A stretch of DNA of 64,000 bases from Octopus vulgaris (taxonomy: Eukaryota), in contig OX597836.1 in NCBI GenBank assembly GCA_951406725.2, positions 27,280,001 through 27,344,000 of the forward strand, read 5' to 3'. Under the pieces are notes generated by a model. That model was given only the letters and a program-made list of their open reading frames with translations, did no database searches and was not told the DNA's origin. Shown here piece after piece: positions 49,855 through 62,442 of the stretch (the stretch's first letter is position 1; every line of letters begins with the position of its first letter). The translations under genes and the position numbers were made by a program.

Positions 49855-50241
49855 ACGAGAAGGTTTACGAAAATAAACAAAAGACGAAGGCAGGTGGAGT
49901 ACAAACAAACAAATGTATTAGTATGGCGCTCAAGAATAGAAATAGAACAAGTCTTTTACGTTTCGAGCCTACGCTCTTCGACAGAAAGATACACTGAAAA
50001 GAAACAAGGAGAGAAAAAAATGCATGCAGGAGCTAATGGTCTATCATGGCGTTATATATATATATACACACACACATACATATATGACGGGCTTCTTTCA
50101 GTTTCTGTCTACCAAATCCACTCACAAGGCTTTGGTTAGCCCAAGGCTATAGTAGAAGACACTTGCCCAAGGTGCCATGCAGTGGGACTGAACCTGGAAC
50201 CATGTGGTTGGTAAGCAAGCTACTTACCACACAGCCACTCC
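49515..50241 (-). mobile_element. SINE family B with nested insertions in internal (TA)n
   Basis: Tail 49515-49730, head 50080-50241. Confidence 0.75.
49853..50050 (-). mobile_element. Penelope-like terminal repeat with variant hammerhead-like motif
   Basis: On -: TCTTT-CTGTCGA-A-GAGC GTAG GCTC-GAAAC-GTA-AAAGA. Homolog of 20749-20900. Confidence 0.55.
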
Positions 50242-50689
50242 AATGCCTCGTAATTAACTGTACAGAAAGGAGCAGCTCAGTTGGTAAGGGGCCAAAATCT
50301 TTGTTATTTCCAGTTGACATTGCAGGAAAGAAATGTGCTTCCTTTCAGTCCAACCAGAATGTGAAATTGCGATTCGTGCTCACACACACACACACACAAA
50401 AGAGATATATTTTCATACCAGTAGGAATATAAGAAAGTTGATTAATGAGCTGAAAGTGCAGCTGACTCTTAAAATAAATGTTAGTTTTTTTTTTAAATAC
50501 TTTTTTTTGAAGATTCATTTGAACTAAAACACCAGTTTGAAACCTGTCTTATATTTAAGGAAAAAATCCAAAAATTTCAAAAACTTCAAATAAAACTCAG
50601 CTTCATTTGGAGACCCAGGTGTCTTTCCAGACCTTGAATCAATTCTCTTACATACATATATATATATATATATATATCAAATCACAGTC

Positions 50690-51128
50690 AAATGGAAATT
50701 GTAGTTGCGGTCCCAGTGCTGGTGGCATGTAAAAAGCACCATCTAAATGTGGCTGATGCCAGCCTCCTCGCCCTGATTGGCTTCTGTGCCAGTGGCACGT
50801 AGAAAGCACCATCAGAATGTAGCTGATGCTAGCAACGCTTTGACTGGCTCCCATGCCGGTGGCACGTAGAAAGCTCCATCCGATTGTGGTCGATGCCTGG
50901 CTCCTCTGCTGGTGGCACGTAAAAGCACCCACTACACTCCTGGAGTTGTTCGCATTAGGAAGGGCATCCAGCTGTAGAAACTCTGCCAAATCAGATTGGT
51001 GCAGCTGTAGAAACCTTGCCAAATCAGATTGGGGCCTGGTGCAGCCTGGTTTTCCAGACCCCAGTCGAACCGTCCAACCCATGCAGCATGGAAAACGGAC
51101 ATTAAACGATGATGATGATGATGATGAT
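50690..51128 (+). mobile_element. RTE LINE 3' UTR module
   Basis: Four GTGGCA(C/T)GTA.AAAGC units and a (GAT)n tail. Confidence 0.75.
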
Positions 51129-51224
51129 ACAACAAGAAATAATATTTGTCTCTTTTTACAGAGACAAAAAGGGTTTATAGGACTGCAAAAGAAAGGCTCA
51201 AATATAAATGAGACGAAGATAAAG

Positions 51225-51455
51225 AAGCATTGTTTATAGAGCAAACATTAAATTTGGGTCAACGACTTTACATAGAACCACCACCCCTCAAACATTTAAT
51301 CATATATAAAAATCACCATGGTTCCCATACACATAAATCAATATATGTATTATATTAATGTGTTTGGGAACCATGGTGATTTTTATATATGATTAAATGT
51401 TGTTCTATGTGAAGTTGTTGACCCAAATTTAATGTTTGTTCTATAACAAATGCTT

Positions 51456-51457
<2 letters not shown>
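51225..51457. repeat. Fold-back element next to (TA)n
   Basis: Arms ~51225-51334 and 51358-51457, with a ~13-nt indel. Confidence 0.85.
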
Positions 51458-51504
<47 letters not shown>

Positions 51505-51505
<1 letters not shown>

Positions 51506-51792
51506 TGGAGTAAACACATAAATGTGAAACAAGGTGGAAAAAAGAGTACTCAAATACCAGTGGTAGAGTAATATGCTTTATTTAAAGCAGCAGAAAATTC
51601 AACAAAACCTGTTACTCTGAGTTTCCCGTTGCCGTTCATCGGACAGTTTTTGCAAAAATTCAACAAAACCTGTTAATCTGAGTTTCCCGTTGCCGTTCAT
51701 CGTACAGTTTTTGCAAAAACTGTCCGATGAACGGCAACGGGAAACTCGAAGTAACAGGTTTTGTTGAATTTTCTGCTGCTTTAAATAAAGTA
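51505..51792. mobile_element. Penelope-like fold-back element with three hammerhead-like motifs
   Basis: Two tandem 61-bp units on - (51608-51646, 51669-51707) and one on + (51720-51758): CTGT-CCGATGA-ACGGCAACGG-GAAAC-TC(AG/GA)A-GTA-ACAGG. Confidence 0.75.
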
Positions 51793-52689
51793 TATATATA
51801 TGTATATGTGTGTGTGTTTGAATGATCAAGTATAATACTGACAGGGTTGTTGTGTGTCTTAGGGTACCTAAAGGTTGTGGTTTTAAATTTTCCCTCCATG
51901 AACCCTGTGTAGCAATTTGGTCTCTGTTCAGCCAGTGCCATAGTTTGCTGTTACATGTGCCTCATAAACAAAGGAGGATATATTATGCTGTTGGGGACAT
52001 TTAGATTTATCTTTGCATGTGTATCCATGGCTGTATTTTTTTAATGCGACGTCACCGGTGCCGAGCTGTATCAGCCCCTTTGCCTTTCCCTTGGATAACA
52101 TCAGTGGTGTGGAGAGGGGGAGGCTGGTATGTATGAGCGACTGCTGGTCTTCCATAAGCAATATTACCCGGACATGTGCCTTGGAAGGGAACTTTCTAGG
52201 TGTAATCCCCTTGGTCATTCATGACCAAAGGGGGTCTTTACCCTTTTGCCTTTTTGATAAGGGTACACCAGGCACATGCATCACAACCATATGTGCACGA
52301 CATGGTGATCTCATATCAAGATAAACAGCACATGACCTTGCAGGTGGGGGCCCAGTTAGAATTTTCTTCAATTTGAGTAACCCATCTCGCTCAAAAGGTC
52401 CCTGAATAAGGGTTGTTTAAGGATGTTGAACGAAACACCCATGTTTCCAGAGGTGAATTATTCAAACCCCAAAGAAACCCTCTCACAACATGGCTATGAT
52501 GCTTCCCCACTACTTCTGCTCGTGATCAGAGATGCACATATCATCAGCCACTAAGGGACATGCTCAACTGGTTAAAAAAAAGAACACACACGCGCACACA
52601 GAGACGCAGTAAAGGAACAGTAGATTGGGGGCATTAGCTTTGCTCTCAGGTAAAATGGAAGAAGTATTCTACGTGAGGAAAGAGGGATA

Positions 52690-53090
52690 TTTTCGGTTTG
52701 AACGGCAGTTTTTCCTAGCGGTGTCATATGAAATTGTCACCCATAATTATGACCCTAGTATCAATCAATTGCATTTCAATCTGTTTTAGGGTTAGGGCTA
52801 GGGGTGGGGGAAAAGGGTATATTTTTTTCTTAAGAAATGTAAATAAACCCAATCTGTTTCTTAAACGAGGGACATATTCATACGGCACAGAATGTTTTCA
52901 CCTCAATAGACGTCATTGATTGGTTGAAATTGCAGAAACTGAAGAAAAAAACAACAAATATCTTACAAACTATAGAATTTTCTCAATAAAGAAAAATATG
53001 TTTTATAAACACATTCTACCAGTATACGAAGTTTAAAAGTTTTTAGTTACGTGGAAATTATTTTTAAAAACTGCCGCTCAAACCGAAAAG
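52690..53090. mobile_element. MITE-like DNA element
   Basis: TIRs TTTTCGGTTTGAACGGCAGTTTTT / AAAAACTGCCGCTCAAACCGAAAA. Confidence 0.7.
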
Positions 53091-53429
53091 TAACTGATTT
53101 CCATATATAACAGTTATTATTATTATTATATTTATGATTAAAGGCCAGTTATTTCAGACTCACGATTTGTAGGTTAAATCAATTGTAGTACTCGACTAGT
53201 ATTGCTAAGATGACCTGGCTGTGATTTGAACTCAGAATGTAAAAACTTGAACAAATACCATAAGGTATTTACTTTTTCTTACTCTCTACCAAAAATGTCA
53301 ATCCATAAATATATAAAAATGTTCAGATCGTTTTAAAATACTTTTCTGGGTTTTAAAAGAGTGGTCTCCCCTGGCACTGAGTTATCTCCCTTGTCCTTGT
53401 TTTAGTATTCTCTGTTCTAGGCATAAGGC

Positions 53430-54010
53430 CCGACATTTTTGAGAAGGCGTCCAGTCGATTAGATCGACCTCACTTCGTAACTGGTACTTAATTTATCGAT
53501 CCTGAAAGGATGAAAGGCAAAGTCGACATCGGCGGAATTTGAACTCAGAACGTAAAGACAGACGAAATACTGCTAAGCATTTCGCCCGGCGTGCTAACGT
53601 TTCTTATTTCTTTATTGCCCACAAGGGGCTAAACACAGAGAGGACAAACAAGGACAGACAAACGGATTAAGTCGATTATATCGACCTCACTTCGTAACTG
53701 GTACTCATTCAATCGACCCCGAAAGGATGAAAGGCAAAGTCGACCTCGGCGGAATTTGAACTCAGACCGTAACGGCAGACGAAATACCGCTAAACATTTC
53801 GCCCAGCGTGCTAATGTTTCTTATTTCTTTATAATCCACAAAGGCAATAAATTCCATCGACTCCAGTGCGTAACTGGTACTTAATTTATCGACCACGAAA
53901 GGATGAAAGGCAAAGTCGACCTCGGCGGAATTTGAACTCAGAACGTAAAAACAGACGAAACCGCTAAGCATTTCACCCAGCGTGCTAACGTCTCTGCCAA
54001 CTTGCCGCCT
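53430..54010 (-). mobile_element. SINE family A, tandem trimer
   Basis: Three head-to-tail reverse-complement copies. Confidence 0.8.
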
Positions 54011-54186
54011 TTATTTGGTTAAATATTGAAGTTCTAATTTCAAATTCTGCTGGTGTTACCTTCGCATTCCATTCTTTCAGTAACGTCCAACTCAATACCA
54101 GTCATATTCTGAGGTCGATGCAATAGACTCTCGTTCCCCTCCGATTAAAATTATTATTATTATTTTATTATATAATTGTGTGTTAT

Positions 54187-54242
<56 letters not shown>

Positions 54243-54244
54243 TC

Positions 54245-54640
54245 TTTTACTCTTTTATTCTTTCATTTGTTTCATTCATTTGACTGCGGCCACGCTGGAG
54301 CACCGCCTGTAGTCGAACAAATCGACCCCAGGACTTATTCTTTGTAAGCCTAGTACTTATTCTATCGGTCTATTTTGCCGAGCCGCTATATTATAGAGAC
54401 GTAAACACACCAGCATCGGTTGTCAAACGATGGTTGGAGGACAAACGCAGACATACAAATACATACAAAGATATATACGACGGGCTTCTTTCAGTTTCCG
54501 CCTACACAATCCACTCACAAGGCTTTGGTCGGCCCGAGGCTATAGTAGAAGACACCTGCCCAAGATGCCATGCAGTGGGACTGAACCCAGGACCATGTGG
54601 TTGGTAAGCAAGCTACTTACCACACAGCCACTCCTGCACC
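54245..54640 (-). mobile_element. SINE family B
   Basis: Full-length reverse-complement copy. Confidence 0.8.
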
Positions 54641-54719
54641 CATACGTTCTTTTTCCTCTTTTTAAGTTTAGAATAAATTTTGAACAACCACCTATTTGGT
54701 AGAGAAGCTGCGAAGGAAA

Positions 54720-56075
54720 ATATCTTGTTTGAACCATCACTCTTTAAAGCCTTGCAGATTTTTATAGTTCCAGATATCGTGATCATTTGTAGCATTAAGG
54801 ATCTGCGTTCTCTCCCCAAGATCCCAAGTTTAGCCATACTTTGCTACAGAGGGGGTTGGTGTGTATCCTGTTGGTCCAGGATACATACAAACCCTGTATG
54901 AAGGTTAACTGTATCTTGGGTATTGGACTTGCAAACTCATTATCAATGGTCCATTATGTATGTATGTATGTATGTATGTGTGTGTGTCATTAAGATTGCT
55001 AACCAATAGCGAAAGAACCGGTTTCTAACCTAGATCCAAGACTCCATTAGAATATCAAAAACATCAACAGGGTATGTATCTATGTATGTATGTATGTGTG
55101 TGTGTGTGTGTGTGTATGTGTGTGTGTGTCTATACGTATGTGTGTATGACATTATTCAATTTTATTTCAAGATTTTTTGCTAATTGCGAAAGAGTCGGTT
55201 TCTAACCTAGATCCAAGGCTCCTTCGTTAGAATTTCAAAAACATCTACTGGGATGTATGTATGTATGTATGTATGTATGTATGTATGTATGTATGTATGT
55301 ATGTATGTATGTATGTATGTATGTATGTATGTATGTATGTCAATAAGATTGCTAGCCAATAGCGAAAGAGCCGGTTTCTAACCTAGATTCAAGACTCTAT
55401 TAGAATATCAAAAACATCAGCAGGGTATGTATGTATGTATGTATGTATGTGGGCAGATTTGCTTGTGCTATTTTATGTATGTCTCTTCATGCATATAATT
55501 GCATATCTAGACATGCTCATATATACTTAAATGATAAACTTCTGGAAAGTTTTACAGATTTTTACAGTTCCACTGATGGATTGGATTTGTAGTCTTCGAA
55601 TCAGCTTTCTCCTTTCTGGTTTTGCGGAGTCTAGTTTCTTAAGATTGGTGTCTTAGGTGTGTGTGTGTACATATAAATGGGTGCAAGCATTGAAATCATA
55701 CAAATCTTATTACATGGTAAACTTCGTTAATGTTTTATATGTTTTGACAATTCATATCTGTAATTTTCTCATTACCGTATTTTCCGGCCTGTATTTTCAA
55801 TGTAGCGTATAGTGCAAATATTTTCCCAAACCCCGCAGCATTTCACATGGAAGTTTTGGCCCTCTATGTCTTGGTGTATAAGTCAACCTACCTTGTTTAG
55901 CTGTAAATTTTGCTTTGAAAAATTCGGTTTGTTTTCCAGAAAATACGGTAGGTGTTTTCTTTCTGGTATTGTGAATCCCAACTTCTTACGCTTCATACTG
56001 ATGCCGTTAATCACGTAATTAAATGTCCCACTAATTAATGGTAGAAATCTAAGTTTATATTCAGGATGGAGTAAT
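54720..56075 (-). mobile_element. Cluster of R4/Dong-like (restriction-like endonuclease) LINE 3' fragments and UTR copies
   Basis: Minus frames: LLHPEYKLRFLPLISG (55990-56072), KPERRKLIRRLQIQSISGTVKICKTFQKFII* (55528-55650), RERRSLMLQMITISGTIKICK (54750-54815). Three ~100-bp UTR-like copies at 54985-55425 lie between (TATG)n tracts. Confidence 0.65.
55775..55948. mobile_element. Tc1/pogo-type MITE
   Basis: TA|CCGTATTTTCCGG ... CCAGAAAATACGG|TA. Confidence 0.7.
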
Positions 56076-56829
56076 CTTCATGTTTTGTGTTTGCAATAAT
56101 CGAGGCTGAATTTAATAAACTTGGTAAACAGCTGAACAATATTCTGATTTCATCAGCAGTGTAGGGAGCTTTTCTGTAGACTGACTATGTTAATAATATA
56201 TAATTCTTTTTTCTTTATACTATTGGCACAAAGACTGAAATTTTGGATGTAGGGGCTTTCCGATTACATCGACCCCAGTGCTTATCGACAAAAAAAAAAA
56301 AATGGAAGTCACAATCGATCCTGGCGGAATTTGAACTCAGAACGTGTAGTCGAAAAGAAATGCTACCAAACACTTTGTCCTGCATACTAGCGATTCCACC
56401 TACTCGCCACTTTCCCCAGGGAAATAATAACCTTTTCTATTATAGTTACAGGCCTGAAATTTCGCGGGAGGGAACAAGTCAAATTTATCTCCTGTATTCT
56501 AACACCTAACTCTTTCTCTAAATGCTAGAACTCTCCCCTCTTATAAATCTCAGTCACAGACTTCCAACAGATATCACTTCATCTCTCCAAAGTCCTGCAG
56601 TCCTTCATCCCAAATATCTCAGTTCTCTACTGTTTGCAGCACAAAACCTTTTCAGATTTGCACCAATTATATTAACGCTAAATTTTTGAGATTGTTTAGA
56701 AAAGTAGAAAGGTTTCATAGTCTTTCAGTACAGGTCACCAGTTGTCGAATGTTATTATGAACACAGAGACAGGCATAAAGAAAGCTTTTGAAAAGAATCA
56801 ATGAAGAATCTCTCTTAACATTACAGGAA

Positions 56830-57260
56830 TTAAAACGTTTATGATCATTAAGGTCAGGAAACTCCTGGCTATATTAACAACAACATCTAGGCTGAAGGGA
56901 GGATTATACCAGATTGCTTTTCTTTTGAATATTCTCTTAGAGCCTTGTTATATTGCAGATAAGTTGAAGATACTTCTATGATATCTGAGATTAGGTTTGT
57001 GATTACAGCTGGAGGGTGGTTGGAATGTTTATGAACGTAAAATTTCCCTCGTTCGGTTTTCTGTAGGGGCAGTACTTGTTTGTCTCGAGATCTAGAGTTA
57101 CATCTAAGAAGTTAATCTTTGTTATGTTGGCAGTGACCGTTAGATAAGCCAAATTCATTAAGGATGCTAATAAAGGTCCTGAATTTATCTATGTCGTGAC
57201 CGGTCATATGGCTTGAGATGGTCAGGCTATCGTCCTTGTATTGGGCCGAACAGTGGATTG
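56830..57260 (-). mobile_element. Decayed Penelope-like element reverse transcriptase
   Basis: Across frameshifts: YKDDSL (YRDDGL motif, 57229-57240), TANITKINFLDVTLDLETNKYCPYRKPN, YVHKHSNHPPAVITNL, RKAIWYNPPFSLDVVVNIARSFL. Confidence 0.9.
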
Positions 57261-57322
57261 GTGCAGTCATGGAGTCTAGAATAACATCCAGGTAGCTGAC
57301 CTATATGTCATAGATGACCTGC

Positions 57323-57356
<34 letters not shown>

Positions 57357-57364
57357 GTGTGTAT

Positions 57365-57798
57365 ACTCTTTACTCTTTATTCTTTCACTTGTTTCAGTCA
57401 TTTGACTGCAGCCATGCTGGAGCACCGCCTTTTTAGTCGAGGAAATCGACCCCAGGACTTATTCTTTGTAAGCCTAGTACTTTTTCTATTGATCTCTTTT
57501 GCCGAACCGCTAAGTTATGGGGACGCAAACACACCAGCATCGGTTGTCAAGCGATGTTGTGTGTGTGTGTGTGTGGGGGGGGGGGGGGCACACACTGACA
57601 CACAAACACACACACACATATATATATATATACATATATACGACGGGCTTCTTTCAGTTTCCGTCTACCAAATCCACTCACAAGGCTTTGGTCGGCCCGA
57701 GGCTATAGTAGAAGACATTTGCCCAAGGTGACACGCAGTGGGAATGAACCCGGAACCATGTGGTTGGTAAGCAAGCTACTTACCACACAGTCACTCCT
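57365..57798 (-). mobile_element. SINE family B
   Basis: Full-length reverse-complement copy. Confidence 0.8.
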
Positions 57799-57811
57799 AT
57801 ATATATATATA

Positions 57812-57842
<31 letters not shown>

Positions 57843-57911
57843 TTACATACATATGTACATACATACATACAGTATGTGTAAGCATATATGTGCTTGTCTA
57901 TGTATGTGTGT

Positions 57912-57948
<37 letters not shown>

Positions 57949-58270
57949 TACATACATAGATATGCACATATATGCTTCCATATACGTACACAAACGCACC
58001 CATAATACATACATACATACATACATACATACATACATACATACATACATACATACATACATAGAGTCCCCACTACACACACATGCATGCACTTACGTAT
58101 GTATTTACGCGCATACACGTAAATACGAACAGGGATGAAAACAGACATTAAAAACAGACACACAGACAGACAGAGAGGCAAGCGTTAATGATTTTTTTTG
58201 TGTTTTTTTTTTCCACATAAATCGAAAGGTAAAAGTAAAACAACGATTTCAGAATCTTGTTGAAACTAAT

Positions 58271-58733
58271 TTAAAGCAGATTGCAACCTTTTTGTGAATT
58301 TTCTGAAGAATTATCTGATTCATCATTGATATTTTGTGATAAGCCCGAAGACGTAGGTGGTATGTGCATAGTCTTTTGTGATTTGCGCAAAGGATGTCCC
58401 AATTTGTGTTCGATCCAATGTTTTCGGCGATTGTCACAGAAATGCGTCGTTCTCTCTTTGATTTTTAATTCCTTCATCCAAGAATCATCGTACACCGTGC
58501 CTTCATTCACAAGACAAAACAACATGGTGCGTTTGTTCTTTATTTCTTCAGCCAAATGAGTGAAAAGTGCTTCTTGGTCGCCGATTTTAATGACGTAGGG
58601 CAAAAGAGAATCGATCTTGTAGAAAGCGCGGCGAATTAAGGCAATGGTAAGCCAGTGGCCTCCTCTTCCACCCCTGCTGCAGGTGTGAATTACGAAACCT
58701 TTGATCTCCCTCATAGCCAAGCTTCTAATGTCT
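58271..58733 (-). CDS. Divergent Josephin-domain paralog, last coding exon
   Basis: Pyrimidine tract and CATCAG|A acceptor in the same phase as exon 3 of the + gene. Translation DIRSLAMREIKGFVIHT...GHWLTIALIRRAFYKIDS...IGDQEALFTHL...SW...QKGCNLL*, 153 aa with no stops. Upstream exons were not found in the window. Confidence 0.82.
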
Positions 58734-58858
58734 CTGATGGTAGTGGCGGTCACGGTAGGAAGTAAGAAGAAGAATAAAAAAAACAAAACAAAGTATACAA
58801 GTCACACTTGAGGTTTCAATCTTACAATAAGAAGTGTTTGGGGATTCGGGCCAAGAAT

Positions 58859-58861
<3 letters not shown>

Positions 58862-58941
<80 letters not shown>

Positions 58942-59078
58942 ACACACACACTTATACATGCATACACATATACACATACATTTATACATATATATATATA
59001 TATACATATAGACATGTATACATACATACATACACACACATATATATATATACATACAGTATATATATACATACATGC

Positions 59079-59111
<33 letters not shown>

Positions 59112-59173
59112 TATACACATACATAGTAATTATACATACATATATACATGCATACATGCGTACATTTATTCGA

Positions 59174-59217
<44 letters not shown>

Positions 59218-59287
59218 GTCTATCTATCTATATATGTGTATGTATATATATGTATGTATATGTATATATGTGTGTGTGTATATGTAC

Positions 59288-59338
<51 letters not shown>

Positions 59339-59520
59339 TATATATGTATATATATGTATATATATATATGTATATATATATATGTATATATATGTATATA
59401 TATATATATATGTATATACATGTATATATATATGTATATACATGTATATATATATGTATATATATATATATGTATATATATGTATGTATATGTATATACA
59501 TAGATACATATATATACACA
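58862..59520. repeat. Compound (CA)n/(TA)n/(TATC)n microsatellite block
   Basis: Seen directly. Confidence 0.92.
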
Positions 59521-61011
59521 TTAGTATATAGTAGTCGGTGATTTCAAACAACTGACGCCTTTTCCCACACTTCTCTGACTTGTCCGAAACCTATTCATTG
59601 AAGTAAGACAGACGAACTGAGTAGAAACGCAAGACAGATGGAGTGCATGTTTTTTGGGTTTTTTCTTCTTTGATGAGGGACGGTAGCCCTTTTTCTGTTT
59701 CCCAGTTTAACACCCCGCCCATCTTGCCTTTGGGTACCTTTTTTCAGAACGCACTCCGTTGCAAACATTCCAAATAAACCGGTAACCCGAGGGATCTCAA
59801 GTCTCATGCAATTTGACGCGTTGGTGTGTTCCTCCCTCTCTCATGCAGCAACTCACGTGATGTAGTTTCTTCTTCCCTTCAAAAACCATCGAGGTTGCTG
59901 CTGTCTTTGATTGAGCATTCAAAGACAGACGTCTGTTTGGTGAATTAGATCAGTGATGTGCCACAAGAAGATGCTAGGTGTGCCGCAGTGTTCCCCTATA
60001 CTGTTAGTTACGTATTTATTTCATGTCTGCCGCTGAAGTTTGAAAAGAATACAAGTGTACCGCGACTGAAGAAAGGTTGTGGAGCATTGAATTAGATAAA
60101 AAAACAAAAACTAAATCTCTTTAAGACACTGTAAATGAATTTACTAAAACCGACAATAATTATTAATCACCAAGATTTTCATTTAAAAATATTTTTAATA
60201 AATTTATTATATTTATCTCAGCATTTGCAGACACCACAAAATATAGCACGTGAATTAAGCGGTGGACATATTTTTTTCTCAAAGCATTGAATGTCAGGTT
60301 AGCTTCGTTGTAGTTAATATAAAAAATGATAAATAGACATAAAAAATGATAAATAAACATAAAAAATGACAAAACCTCCCCAAAAAATAACCTGGAATAA
60401 TTTTGCAGCCAGGAGAAAATCAATATTAGTCAACGTTATTTGTATTTGTTGAACACTTATCAGAGAAAACTGCTGGCGTGTTTCAGTTTTATTCTGATCT
60501 CATCAACGAAGTAGTCATCACTATATTTGTCAAAGTAGAGATGAATCACCCAATAAATGTAGGAAATTGTAAAAGAGAACGATTAAACAAAAGAGCAAAA
60601 ATATGCAAAAAAACCCCCAAAAAACAAACAAAAACAATAGTGACAAAGTTATAATAATAATAATTGTGTACAGTGCTCAGGTGCACTACAACGTAGAGAT
60701 GAATCACCCAATAAATGTTAATGAATGTCGCCGAGAAGAGTACAAGAAATTGACGTTTCGGATAATTTTCTTTTGTCAGGTATACCGGTAGAAAAAAGAC
60801 AAAATAATGTAAGAAGATTATAAAAAATGCGTGTTATGATTCTCTACGTACATACGTACATACATACATACACCTATACATAAATACATGCATACATATA
60901 TACATGCATGTATACATAAATACATGCATACATATGTACATGCATATATACAAGAAAACATGCATATATAATATATAATATATATATATATATATATATA
61001 CAATATATATT

Positions 61012-61097
<86 letters not shown>

Positions 61098-61108
61098 AAA
61101 AGTTTGAA

Positions 61109-61145
<37 letters not shown>

Positions 61146-61188
61146 TGTGTGTTCTGTGTGTGTGTGTGTGTTGTTTGTATGTTGTGTT

Positions 61189-61219
<31 letters not shown>

Positions 61220-61419
61220 TGTGTGTGTGTGTATATATATGTGTGTGACAACAGATGCTGCGACCAGAGGCACGACACATCTATTCACCCGCTATACCTC
61301 GATAACCCCAAAATCATCATAAGAGTATACCAATTGGCTACCGTTCTCTGTTCAGTGACAAAAAATATTTTGTGTCAAACGCTGTATATATATCCACCCA
61401 CCATGTTATGTATAAAACA

Positions 61420-61570
61420 TTTTTGAATTCATATCAATGTGACAATTATGTAACATTTTAATTCATATATCATGTACAATTATGTAAAAACTTTTGAAAT
61501 ATTCAATGTGAAATTATGTAAAACTTGAATTAATATTCAATGGACATTATTAAAAACTTTTGAACCATAT
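61420..61570. repeat. Diverged ~35-bp AT-rich tandem repeat
   Basis: Recurrent TTTTGAA..ATA(T)TCAATGTGA.AATTATGTAAAAC, about 4-5 copies. Confidence 0.55.
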
Positions 61571-61590
61571 TATTAATGTTTCCTTAAATG

Positions 61591-61643
<53 letters not shown>

Positions 61644-61645
<2 letters not shown>

Positions 61646-62183
61646 GAGTGGCCATAAAGTCACGCACCATCTGAAATATGTGAAATTGCTGACATTCTTT
61701 TTTTTTTTTTTTATCACTTTTCACAAGTGCCGATATTACTCCCAAACTAATCCTCATTGGATGGTGGCACATAATGAACAAGGAGGGGTCAAGGTAATGG
61801 TGTGGTGTGGGATTTGGCACGATCAGGTAATTGGACCATTTTATTTTGAGGGCCCTGTGACAGGTGATTCGTATCTGGACAAGCTTGGCAACAAAATGAT
61901 ATCTCACATGCATTTACTTGGAACGGGAAATCCTTCTATTCACTTGGCGGGGGGAAATCCTGAAGGACGGGAATCTGCCCCATTATACGTTACAGGTTTG
62001 TGATTTTCTGAATGAACATTTTCCAGAGAGATGGCTCGGGTTCATCGCAATTTCAAATTCCGCATGAACACTTGTTTTAAGCTACATGGCCAACACTTTG
62101 AACATTTTTTATGGATTACCTACTTCTTCGTTAGCAAAGCATACTTGATATCTCCCATGGTACGTGACTTTGTGGCCACCTTG
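61644..62183 (+). mobile_element. Internally deleted Tc1/mariner (IS630-Tc1-mariner) transposon
   Basis: TIRs CAGAGTGGCCATAAAGTCACGCACCA / TGGTACGTGACTTTGTGGCCACCTTG. Transposase remnant RYYSQTNPHW...KVMVWCGIWHDQVIGPFYFEGPVTGDSYL. Confidence 0.88.
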
Positions 62184-62212
62184 TGTATTTATATATATAA
62201 TGTATATATATG

Positions 62213-62245
<33 letters not shown>

Positions 62246-62364
62246 ATATGTATATATATATGTATGTATATGTATATGTATGTATATATATATGTATATG
62301 TATGTATATGTATATATATGGATATGTATACATATGTATATGCATATATAAATCTATCTATCTA

Positions 62365-62442
<78 letters not shown>

